In this document: one piece after another, positions 1-8,660 of the stretch
Position numbering within the stretch: the stretch's first letter is position 1
How the letters are laid out: every line of letters starts with the position of its first letter
DNA from: Planctomycetota bacterium
Lineage (GTDB): Bacteria; Planctomycetota; B15-G4; JADJEK01
NCBI GenBank assembly: GCA_044225365.1
Contig: JBGAIQ010000001.1
Location: 192,001 to 256,000 of the forward strand
Direction of reading: 5' to 3'
Length of the DNA stretch: 64,000 nucleotides
Notes under the pieces: generated by a model
The model's database searches: none
What the model saw: the letters and a program-made list of their open reading frames with translations, nothing else
What the model was told of the DNA's origin: nothing
Program-made: the position numbers and the translations under genes

Positions 1-399
1 CTCACCGAACTCGCGAAGGAGTTCGATCTCCCGACTCGCGTGGTGCATGGTCTCTTGGAGACCGAGCGGTCGGCGCGCTCGCTCGACGTACCGCTCGGCG
101 CGGACGGCGAGGACACGCTCGCGTCGCTGATCGCCGCCGAGCCCGAACTCGAAGGATTGGGATCGTGGGAGAAGCCGGTGCTGACGCACCGGATCCACGA
201 GGCGCTCGATCTGCTCACCGACCACGAGCGCACGATCATCGAATTCCGCTACGGCATCCACTGCGAACATCCGATGACGCTCGAAGAAGTGGGTCGCATC
301 ATGAACGTCTCGCGGGAGCGGGTTCGCCAGCTCCAGGTGCGAGCGATCCGAAAGCTGCAAGCGCCGAACGTGCTCTCGCGTCTCGCCGGCTTCGTCTGA
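1..399 (+). CDS. Sigma-70 family (RpoD/RpoS-like) sigma factor, C-terminal part, truncated by window edge
   Basis: Frame open from base 1; region 3/4 motifs RSLDVPLG and TLEEVGRIMNVSRERVRQLQVRAIRKL. Confidence 0.9.
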   Translation, partial: LTELAKEFDLPTRVVHGLLETERSARSLDVPLGADGEDTLASLIAAEPELEGLGSWEKPVLTHRIHEALDLLTDHERTIIEFRYGIHCEHPMTLEEVGRIMNVSRERVRQLQVRAIRKLQAPNVLSRLAGFV

Positions 400-461
400 G
401 CGCGACGGCGGACTTCTGGATCGATCCGAAAATCACTACGATGCTGGCGAGATTCGCCGGC

Positions 462-2123
462 ATGAACGATCCCTATCTCCGACTCGCGAGCATCGAACGC
501 AGGCTCACGTCGATCGCGCTTCCGCGTAGGGCGCGTGGAGCGCTCGCGCTGCAGGGCTTGCTCGCGCTCGCCTTCCTCCTCGTCGTGTATTCGATCTTCC
601 TGCGGTCGCACTCGGTCGTGGCTCCGCGCGCGACCAGCGACCGACTGCAGCGCGTGATCGTGATCGCGTGCGACGGACTGCGAAAGGATCGGCTGTCTTC
701 GCTCGGATATCCACGGCCGACGACCCCGAATCTCGACAAGCTCCTCCCGCTCTGTGCCACCTTCACGAACGCTGTCGCGTGCGCGCCGACGACCTTGGCC
801 TCGCACATGTCGCTCATCACGGGCGAGACGACGCGATCGCACTTCGTGCGCCACGAGGGAAACGTCCTCCCCGACGGTTGTGTGACGCTCGCGGAGGCCC
901 TGCGGTCGGGTGGGTTCACGACGGCGGCGTTCACCGATTCCGCCGAGTTGTCGCGAGCCGCCGGCTTCGCCGCGGGATTCGGCGTGTTCGACGACGCGAT
1001 CGTCCCCGGCAATGCCGACGTGAACGGATTCGCGCGGTACGGCGGTGCAATACGCGATTTCATTCTGCGTCACCGCGACGAGCGGACCTTCGTCTACATC
1101 GACGATCGAGCCGCGTGCGGGCCGTATCACGGCGACGACAGCGACATCGCAGCGCTCGCGAATTCCAAACCGGTCCTTTCCGCGATCGCCGCGAAGGCCC
1201 ACGATCCCATGGTCTATCTCGCCGCGCTCTCGTTCCACGACGCGCTGCGAACCGAGCGCTACTCCGAACTGAGCGAACTCGTCTCCGCCTACGACGCCGC
1301 GGTGCATCGCCTCGATCGACAGATCGGCGAACTCATGCGATTCCTCGTCGAGCGGGGATTGTTCGACGACACGTTGATCGTGATCGTCTCGACGCACGGC
1401 GAGTCGCTGTTCGATCGCGCGCTGTACGTCGGCCACGGACTCACCGCGTTCCAAGAGGAAGTCGGTGTCCCCGTGATCGTGAAGTTCCCGAAGGGCAAGT
1501 ACGCGGGCGTGCGCTGCGATCGAGTCGTCTCCCTCATCGACCTGTATCCAACGCTCACGGAACTCGCCGCCGTGCCGACCTCGACCGAGGTCGAGGGCAA
1601 GAGCCTGCTTCCGATCCTCGACGGCAAGGAGGCGGGCGATCGCATCGCCTTCGGCGAGGCGGTGAATCTGGCGGCGAACGGCGTCGATGGAGTTCCTGGC
1701 TACACCTTCTACGAACTCCATGGCGCGCAGAAGCTCATCGCTCCGTCACGGATTGGCGTGCAGGATCTCTACACCCGGCATCTCAATCGAGATCGCGCGA
1801 CGCAAAAGCCCTTGGAAGCCGGCGATCCCCTGCACATCGCGGATCGAATGCAGCTGGGGGCGATGCTCTTCGATCTCTCCAAAGACCCATTCGAATCGAA
1901 TCCGCTGCCCCCGGATTCCGTGATCGCCACGCGGACCGCGGCGATCGAAGCGTTCGAGGAACTCTCGGCGCGGCGTCGCGAACGTCTTCGGAATATTCGG
2001 GCTGCGGACGACCTGCCGGCGCCGACGAGTGAAGAGGACATCGAGAAGCGATTCCTCGAGGGTTACCTCAGCAGCGAACAGCGCGATCGCATGCTCGAGG
2101 AACTTCGCAAGAAGAAGAAGTGA
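462..2123 (+). CDS. Membrane-anchored sulfatase-like protein (alkaline phosphatase superfamily) with degenerate active site
   Basis: N-terminal TM helix; IACDGLRKD, TTPNLD, TLASHMSLITG, TLAEALR, STHGE, VPVIVKFP, LFDLSKDPFE motifs. ATG at 462 chosen (441 alternative); ORF-track start at 165 overlaps the sigma gene. Confidence 0.8.
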   Translation: MNDPYLRLASIERRLTSIALPRRARGALALQGLLALAFLLVVYSIFLRSHSVVAPRATSDRLQRVIVIACDGLRKDRLSSLGYPRPTTPNLDKLLPLCATFTNAVACAPTTLASHMSLITGETTRSHFVRHEGNVLPDGCVTLAEALRSGGFTTAAFTDSAELSRAAGFAAGFGVFDDAIVPGNADVNGFARYGGAIRDFILRHRDERTFVYIDDRAACGPYHGDDSDIAALANSKPVLSAIAAKAHDPMVYLAALSFHDALRTERYSELSELVSAYDAAVHRLDRQIGELMRFLVERGLFDDTLIVIVSTHGESLFDRALYVGHGLTAFQEEVGVPVIVKFPKGKYAGVRCDRVVSLIDLYPTLTELAAVPTSTEVEGKSLLPILDGKEAGDRIAFGEAVNLAANGVDGVPGYTFYELHGAQKLIAPSRIGVQDLYTRHLNRDRATQKPLEAGDPLHIADRMQLGAMLFDLSKDPFESNPLPPDSVIATRTAAIEAFEELSARRRERLRNIRAADDLPAPTSEEDIEKRFLEGYLSSEQRDRMLEELRKKKK

Positions 2124-2130
2124 TCCGGTA

Positions 2131-2700
2131 TCAGCCGCGTCGCACGATGAGATCGGCCGCTGCGGCGAGATCGGCGACGACGTGAAGTCGGTCCCCGAGG
2201 ACTTCGCGTGCCCTCGACTCCATCGACTTGCCCTTTCCCGTGAGCACGAGGATCGGAGTGACGAGCGATCCCAGCGTCGGCTCGAGATCGCGAAGGTCGT
2301 CGCCGATCGAGTACGAGCGTGAGAGATCGGAGTCGAGCGTTCGCGCGGCAGCGAGCATCATCCCGGGCTTCGGCTTGCGGCAGTCGCAATCGACGCGGTA
2401 TTCCGGCTTGGCCTCGGTCGGATGGTGGGGGCAATAGAGGATGACGTCAAGGCGCGCACCGTCGGCGGCGAGGAGTTGCGCGAGGCGCTCGTGGATCGCC
2501 GCGAGCGTGTCCTCACTGAACTTGCCGCGCCCGATCCCGGACTGGTTCGTCAGGAGCGCGAGTCGATACCCCGCCGCGGACAAGCGCGCGAGCGCTTTAC
2601 CCGCGCCCGGGACGAGCTCGACGAGAGCGGGCGAATCGAGCCAGCCCGGCCGCTCGAGATTGAGCGTGCCGTCGCGATCGAGGAAGACCGTGGGGATCAC
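2131..2700 (-). CDS. gmhB: D-glycero-D-manno-heptose-1,7-bisphosphate phosphatase (HAD family)
   Basis: FLDRDGT, TNQSGIGRG, CPHHP...CDCRKPKPG, IGD motifs; adjacent to gmhA. Confidence 0.9.
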   Translation of the reverse strand: MIPTVFLDRDGTLNLERPGWLDSPALVELVPGAGKALARLSAAGYRLALLTNQSGIGRGKFSEDTLAAIHERLAQLLAADGARLDVILYCPHHPTEAKPEYRVDCDCRKPKPGMMLAAARTLDSDLSRSYSIGDDLRDLEPTLGSLVTPILVLTGKGKSMESRAREVLGDRLHVVADLAAAADLIVRRG

Positions 2701-3314
2701 GGATTCGGCTTCGGGAAGATCGCGTCCTCGACGAGCGCGCAGATCGCGTGCGCTGCCAGGATATGCATCTCCTGGATCCGCGGCGTCGCATCCGAAGGCA
2801 CGTTGATCAGGATGTCGGCGTGGTCCTTCGCCTTGCCGCCCGTGCGTCCGGTCATCGCGATTGCGACGAGACCGAGTTCGCGTGCTCTGCGGAGTCCGCG
2901 AAGGACGTTTTCCGAGTTGCCGCTCGTCGTGAGTCCGATCGCGACGTCGCCCGGTTTGCCGTAGGCCTTCACGAGTCGGGAGAAGAGATCCTGATAGCTG
3001 TAGTCGTTCGCCGTGGCGGTGAGCGACGCCTGGCCCGCCCCGAGGCAGATCGCGGGCAGTCCCTCGTGATCGCGGCAGAAGCGATTGGTGAGTTCGCCCT
3101 CGATGTGGAGCGCATCGGAGAATGAGCCGCCATTGCCGAACAGCAGGACCTGGCGCGATGCGCGGTACGCCGCGACGACGGCTTGCGAGGCGGCGACGAT
3201 CGACGCGGGGAGCGTCGTTCGCGACGCCGCGAGCGTCGCCGCGTGATCGTCGAACATCTTCTCGACGACCTCGCGGTCGCGATCGGTCGCGGAGGATTTC
3301 GGCATGGAGTTCAT
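2697..3314 (-). CDS. gmhA: Phosphoheptose isomerase (SIS domain)
   Basis: GNGGSFSDALH, TATANDY, TTSGNSEN, TPRIQEMH motifs; ATG at 3314 or 3305. Confidence 0.9.
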   Translation of the reverse strand: MNSMPKSSATDRDREVVEKMFDDHAATLAASRTTLPASIVAASQAVVAAYRASRQVLLFGNGGSFSDALHIEGELTNRFCRDHEGLPAICLGAGQASLTATANDYSYQDLFSRLVKAYGKPGDVAIGLTTSGNSENVLRGLRRARELGLVAIAMTGRTGGKAKDHADILINVPSDATPRIQEMHILAAHAICALVEDAIFPKPNP

Positions 3315-3408
3315 CGACTGCTCCGAATCGAGCTTCTTCGGGACTTCGTCAATCTGATACAACGAGTCTATCGCGAAAGGAGACGCGGGCAAAACCGCAC
3401 TTCGTAGC

Positions 3409-4821
3409 ATGGTTGAACCGAATACGAAATCGACGCAGGAAGATCCGCGGCATCCCGCAGCCGCGCTCGATGTCCTGCTCGTCGACGACGAGGAAACGAT
3501 CCGCGTCACGCTCGCCGACGACCTCATGGAGGCCGGCCATCGCGTGACGGCCCTCGCCGACGGCGCGAGCGCGATCACGGCGCTCCACGAACGTGCCTTC
3601 GACGTCGTCGTCTCCGACATGCGCATGCCGGGTGCCGACGGCCTGAAGGTCCTGGCCGCCGCGCGCGAGAAGCCGGGTACCGAGGTGATCCTCATCACGG
3701 CGCACGGCAGTATCGAGTCCGCCGTCGACGCGATGCGCCAGGGCGCGTTCCATTACGTGCTGAAGCCGTTCATCAACGACGAGATCCTTCTTCTCGTCGC
3801 GCGCGTCGCGCGCCTCAAGAACCTGCAGGAGCAGAATCGCGAACTGCGCGAGGACCTCGGCCGATTCGCGGGCTTCGAGAACGTGATCGGCAAGTCCGTG
3901 CCGATGCTCGACGTCCTCAAGGTGGTGCGAACCGTCGCGATGACGGACGCTTCGATCCTCATCGAGGGCGAGAGCGGCACCGGCAAAGAAGTCATCGCGC
4001 GGGCGATCCATCGCAATTCGCAGCGCAAGAGCGGCCCGTTCGTGGCGCTCTCGTGCGCGGCCTTGCCCGAATCGCTGCTCGAGGCCGAACTGTTCGGGCA
4101 CGAACGCGGAGCGTTCACGGATGCTCGCAAGGAGCGCCGCGGCCGATTCGAGATGGCGACCGGTGGCACGCTGTTCCTCGACGACGTCGACGACCTCACA
4201 CTGCCGGTCCAGGTCAAATTGCTCCGCGCGCTCCAGGAGCGCGTCATCGAGCGCATCGGCGGTGAGAAGGAGATCCCGATCGACATCCGGGTCGTGACGG
4301 CGACGAAGAAGAACCTCTTCCAGCTCTGCGCTTCCGGAAAGTTCCGCGAGGACCTGTTCTATCGATTGAACGTCGTCCCGATCCGACTGCCGCCGTTGCG
4401 CGATCGCATCGAGGACATTCCTCTCCTCGTGAAGCATTTCAGCGACCGCCTCGGTGGCGGTCGCTACACCGTTCCGCCCGAGGTCATGGATGCGCTGTGC
4501 ATGCACCAGTGGCCGGGCAACGTCCGCGAACTCGAGAACTCGGTCGAGCGCGCGATCGCGATGGCCGGAGGCGAGACGGCATTGCGCCGCGAGAATCTCC
4601 TGCTCGGCGCGCTTCGCTCGGCTTCCTCGAACGAGAGCACCGCCGTGGCGACATTGCGCGATGTCGCGTGCAACGCCGAGAAGGAGCACATCAAGAAGGT
4701 CTTGAAGCTCACCGGCAATCACAAGGCGCAAGCCGCGGCGCTCCTCGGGATCAGTCGCAAGAACCTCTGGGAGAAGATGAAGGAATACGACATGGGCGGG
4801 TCCGAGCCGCCTCCGCCGTGA
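3409..4821 (+). CDS. NtrC-family sigma-54 enhancer-binding response regulator (REC-AAA+-HTH)
   Basis: REC (VDDE, SDMRMP, KP), GESGTGKE, GAFTDA, FLDD, FREDLFYRL, WPGNVRELEN, Fis-type HTH. Confidence 0.95.
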   Translation: MVEPNTKSTQEDPRHPAAALDVLLVDDEETIRVTLADDLMEAGHRVTALADGASAITALHERAFDVVVSDMRMPGADGLKVLAAAREKPGTEVILITAHGSIESAVDAMRQGAFHYVLKPFINDEILLLVARVARLKNLQEQNRELREDLGRFAGFENVIGKSVPMLDVLKVVRTVAMTDASILIEGESGTGKEVIARAIHRNSQRKSGPFVALSCAALPESLLEAELFGHERGAFTDARKERRGRFEMATGGTLFLDDVDDLTLPVQVKLLRALQERVIERIGGEKEIPIDIRVVTATKKNLFQLCASGKFREDLFYRLNVVPIRLPPLRDRIEDIPLLVKHFSDRLGGGRYTVPPEVMDALCMHQWPGNVRELENSVERAIAMAGGETALRRENLLLGALRSASSNESTAVATLRDVACNAEKEHIKKVLKLTGNHKAQAAALLGISRKNLWEKMKEYDMGGSEPPPP

Positions 4822-4843
4822 CCTTCTTCGCCGACCCCTACGC

Positions 4844-5608
4844 GTGACCGAACGCTTCACCGTACTCGCGTCCGACTTCCACCTCACGCCGCAAGCACCG
4901 CGCGAGATCGAGGTGTTCGTGGAATTCACGAAGACAGTGGTGCGGGGCGCCGAACGATTCTGCGTCCTCGGCGATCTGTTCGAATACTGGGTGGGGCGGC
5001 ATCAGCTCGCGGTCCCCGAGATCGCGCCGGTCTTCGCCGCGTTCTCAGAGCTCGCCGCCGCCGGCACGCAGATCCTGCTCTTCCACGGCAATCGTGACTT
5101 CCTGCTCGGCCGCGCGGAAGGTCGTGCGGCAGGCGGCGCCGTCGTGGGCGAGGAGCACGCGATCGACCTCTATGGTCGTCGCTGCTTGCTGATGCACGGC
5201 GACTCCCTGTGCACCAGAGACATCGACTATCAGAAGTCGAAGAAGATCCTGCGTTCGGGATTCGTGCGCTTCCTGTCGGTCGTGCTTCCCAGTAGCGCCG
5301 CGCATGGGATCGCGCGGAAGCTGCGACGCAAGTCGACGAACAGCGTCTCACGCAAGGACGCGTTCACGATGGGAATCGTCGACGACGAGGTGCGACGGCG
5401 CGCCGGGCAGGGATTCGAGACGATCGTGTGCGGTCACGTGCATCGGCCGGAACGACGAAGCTTCGAGGTCGCCGGCAGGACGGCCGAACTCGTGGTGCTC
5501 GGCGATTGGCACGGCGGCGGCGTCTTCGCAATCGCGAAGGGCGACGGAATTGCGCTGTTGCGTTACGCCGCGGGCGGGTCCGTCACGGCGTTCCCAGGGA
5601 GTCCTTGA
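4844..5608 (+). CDS. lpxH: UDP-2,3-diacylglucosamine diphosphatase
   Basis: Metallophosphoesterase motifs SDFH, GDLFE, GNRD, HGD, GHVH, LGDW. Confidence 0.85.
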   Translation: MTERFTVLASDFHLTPQAPREIEVFVEFTKTVVRGAERFCVLGDLFEYWVGRHQLAVPEIAPVFAAFSELAAAGTQILLFHGNRDFLLGRAEGRAAGGAVVGEEHAIDLYGRRCLLMHGDSLCTRDIDYQKSKKILRSGFVRFLSVVLPSSAAHGIARKLRRKSTNSVSRKDAFTMGIVDDEVRRRAGQGFETIVCGHVHRPERRSFEVAGRTAELVVLGDWHGGGVFAIAKGDGIALLRYAAGGSVTAFPGSP

Positions 5609-6944
5609 CGGCGTCGCGGACGCTCTTCGCGCGCTGCACCCAGAACTCGCGATAGGCGACGGCGACGTCGTGATGACGATTGAAGGCCATCGCCGCGCCA
5701 CCCCATTCCTTGGTCCATCCCTTGTCGATCACGTCCTTCACCACGACGCCGTTGATGACCTTGTCGGCGAGCACGTCGACCGGGTTGTAGCCATCGTGAC
5801 TCGCGAGACGATCGGGCATCGGATAGGCCTTGAACATCGCGGTCACGAACTCGACTACTTTCAAGACGTCACCGTTGGCGTTCGCGAGGAGGATCACGAT
5901 CTGATCGCGCACGGACAGAGACGTTCCGGAGACGGCGCTGAAATCGAATCGGGAGAGACGAGGGGGGAGCGCGATGTCGGGCGGGAGGACGAGCGAGTAC
6001 GCGATGGCCTCGATCAGCGACTTGTACTTGCGGATCGTGAGGAAGGAGTCGTGGAACTTGTCGTGCGTGAAGTCGCGGGTGTTCTTCATGAACCCAGGAT
6101 CCTTGCGCTCCTCGGCGGTGAAGAACTTGTCGCCGTACTGGAAGAGCATCGCGTCGTAGTGGAACACTCCCTCTGGGCTGCCCGCGGTGCGGTCGAGTGC
6201 TTCGTAGAACGATTCGTCGTTGTTGCGCCAGAAGTCGAGGAACGCGAAGAGAGCATCTCCCTTGCGATCGATGTCCATCGCTCGTTCGAGTGAAGCGATC
6301 GCGAGTTCGGCGTCGGAGGTCACGCCCTCGACGAGCCATGCAAGACGCACGGCGGGCGAGAGTTGCTTCTCGTCCGCGGCGTCGAGCAGGCCGTTCTTGC
6401 CCTTCACCGCGACGACGTCCTTGAACAGCCGGATTCCACGACTGCCGAATTCGTAGCGCAGTTGTCGAGGATCGAGCCCGGCGGCCGGCGTCTTCGACGC
6501 GGCCGTCGCGACCGGCGCGAACTGCACGTCGCCGAATGGATTGTGGACGAGCTCGACGGGGGTCGAGAGCGCCTTCACCGCTCGAGCGAGCGAGGCGTAG
6601 AGCAGGTCGCCATCAGGATTCTTCGGTGCGGGTGCGACGAAGAACTCCGCCTTGTCCTTCAGGCGAACCGCGGCTTCTTCGAGCGCCTTCTTCTGTGACG
6701 TCGACTGCGAGTACTTGTGCGTGACCTTCTTCACGTTCGCCGCGAGATCGACGGTTCGCGTCGACGATTCGTCGCCGACACGCGGACCCATCACAAGGGC
6801 GCAAACTGCGAACGATAGGGCGGCGACGCGCAGGGGCGACGCGAGCGAATCCGAGAGATGCATGAGTGGGACCTTTTTGACGAATGCCGAACCTCGCGCC
6901 GACGGACGTCGTGCGTCGCGATCATGCAGGTCGGTCATGATCAC
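5583..6944 (-). CDS. Hypothetical exported protein
   Basis: 453-aa ORF with host-like codon usage and hydrophobic N-terminal segment; start may be ATG 6863; no family recognised. Confidence 0.7.
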   Translation of the reverse strand: MIMTDLHDRDARRPSARGSAFVKKVPLMHLSDSLASPLRVAALSFAVCALVMGPRVGDESSTRTVDLAANVKKVTHKYSQSTSQKKALEEAAVRLKDKAEFFVAPAPKNPDGDLLYASLARAVKALSTPVELVHNPFGDVQFAPVATAASKTPAAGLDPRQLRYEFGSRGIRLFKDVVAVKGKNGLLDAADEKQLSPAVRLAWLVEGVTSDAELAIASLERAMDIDRKGDALFAFLDFWRNNDESFYEALDRTAGSPEGVFHYDAMLFQYGDKFFTAEERKDPGFMKNTRDFTHDKFHDSFLTIRKYKSLIEAIAYSLVLPPDIALPPRLSRFDFSAVSGTSLSVRDQIVILLANANGDVLKVVEFVTAMFKAYPMPDRLASHDGYNPVDVLADKVINGVVVKDVIDKGWTKEWGGAAMAFNRHHDVAVAYREFWVQRAKSVRDAVKDSLGTP

Positions 6945-7076
6945 GAATCTCCGCCCTTCTTAGCGTCCGCGTGTCCCGCCGTAACGGCCCGGTCGACGAA
7001 TTGACGAAATCATGAAGCGGGGGAGCGACCATTTCGAGTCGCGATCGAGCGCGCGAGTCTTACACTCTTCGCCGCG

Positions 7077-7850
7077 ATGGCGAACGATGAGACGACGGTG
7101 ACGATCGACGGCCCGGCGGGGTCCGGCAAGACGACCGTGGCGGAGCGGCTCGCCAAGGCGCTCGGGTATCGATTCCTCGACACCGGAGCGATGTATCGAG
7201 CGGCGACCGTCGCCGTGATCCGCGCCGGGATCGTCGATCCCGCCGATACGAAGGCGGGTTCGGGCAAACTGCCCGAGGACGAAGTCACCGCTGCGGTGCA
7301 GCGAGCGCAGATCGATCTGCTCGAGGATGGTCACGTGCTGCTCTCCGGCGTCGTCGTCGGGCAAGAGATCCGGACACAGGAAGTCGACGGCCTGGTGTCC
7401 GCGGTGTCGGCGCTCCCGAGTGTGCGGATGGCGATGCGCGCGAAGCAGCAGGACTTCGGCACTCGAGCACGGCCCGGACTCGTGGCCGAAGGTCGTGACA
7501 TGGCGACCGTGGTGTTCCCGCACGCGCATCATCGGTTCTACCTCGACGCGGCGGTGAGAGTTCGCGCCGAGCGCCGTTTCTTGCAGCTCACGGCGAAGGC
7601 CAACGCCAAGTTCGACCAGGCACGACGACGGGGAGAGACGAACCCGCATTGCGACGTCGTCCCCGCGCTCGAGGCCATCATCGCCGCGATCGAGGCGCGC
7701 GATCATGCCGACAGCTCGAGGGAGGAAGCGCCGCTGCGCAAGGGGGAGGGGGTCACCGTGGTGACGACCGATGCGCTCGACGTCGACGGCGTGGTGGCGG
7801 AACTGCAGCGAGCCATCGAGCGAACCGTCGAGGCGAACCGCCGAACATGA
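7077..7850 (+). CDS. cmk: Cytidylate kinase
   Basis: IDGPAGSGKTT, LDTGAMYRA, EGRDMATVVFP; cmk-plsC-rpsA order. Confidence 0.95.
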   Translation: MANDETTVTIDGPAGSGKTTVAERLAKALGYRFLDTGAMYRAATVAVIRAGIVDPADTKAGSGKLPEDEVTAAVQRAQIDLLEDGHVLLSGVVVGQEIRTQEVDGLVSAVSALPSVRMAMRAKQQDFGTRARPGLVAEGRDMATVVFPHAHHRFYLDAAVRVRAERRFLQLTAKANAKFDQARRRGETNPHCDVVPALEAIIAAIEARDHADSSREEAPLRKGEGVTVVTTDALDVDGVVAELQRAIERTVEANRRT

Positions 7851-8479
7851 TGTATCGCTTCCTTCGCTTCCTCGCGTTCCTCTGGTTGCGCATCGTCTAC
7901 GGCTTGAAGGGCTACGGCGTCGAGAACGTGCCCGCGACCGGCGGCGCGATCATTGCCTCGAACCACAGTTCATTCATCGATCCGATGGCGCTCGGCTGTG
8001 TAGTGAAGCGTCCGTTGACCTACATCGCTCGGGGAACTTTGAAGGGCCATTGGCTCTATCGCTGGCTCACGGCCAAGCTCGACATCGTGTCGATCGAGCG
8101 CGACAGCAACGACCGCGGTCAGCTTCGTGCGGTGCTCGAAGCCCTGGAGAAGGGCAAGGCGTGCGTCATCTTCCCGGAGGGGACGCGGTCGATCGACGGG
8201 GAGCTGAAGCCCTTCAAGGGCGGCGTCATCCTCCTCGCTCGGCTCGCAAAAGTTCCGGTCGTTCCCGCGTGGGTCGAAGGGTCCTTTTCCGCGTGGTCGC
8301 GCCATGCTAAGCTGCCGCGCTTCACTGGACGCGTCCGAACCTATTACGGCAAACCGCTCGACCTCGCGGGCGAGCGCGATCGCGAAGCTGCGCTCTCCAA
8401 GCTCGAGCAGGCGATTGCGCAGCTCGACCCCCGGCGGTCGAAACCGGCTACCGTGACGGATTCCGCCGCTTCTCGGTGA
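7847..8479 (+). CDS. plsC: 1-acyl-sn-glycerol-3-phosphate acyltransferase (PlsC family)
   Basis: NHSSFID (HxxxxD) and FPEGTRS; ATGA overlap with cmk stop. Confidence 0.85.
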   Translation: MMYRFLRFLAFLWLRIVYGLKGYGVENVPATGGAIIASNHSSFIDPMALGCVVKRPLTYIARGTLKGHWLYRWLTAKLDIVSIERDSNDRGQLRAVLEALEKGKACVIFPEGTRSIDGELKPFKGGVILLARLAKVPVVPAWVEGSFSAWSRHAKLPRFTGRVRTYYGKPLDLAGERDREAALSKLEQAIAQLDPRRSKPATVTDSAASR

Positions 8480-8660
8480 AGGACGAAGTCTGAGTACGAC
8501 GCCTGACCGCGCGGGATTGCGCGAAGGCGCGCCGCGACCGTGATCATCGAAGTCGAGATCGTCTCGACCCGAACTTGTCGATCCGGCCGGCGAAACGAGA
8601 ATCCCGACCGCTCCCGGCGGATTCCCGGGGCGCGGATCCCGTTCCGCGCAGAAGGTTCTC

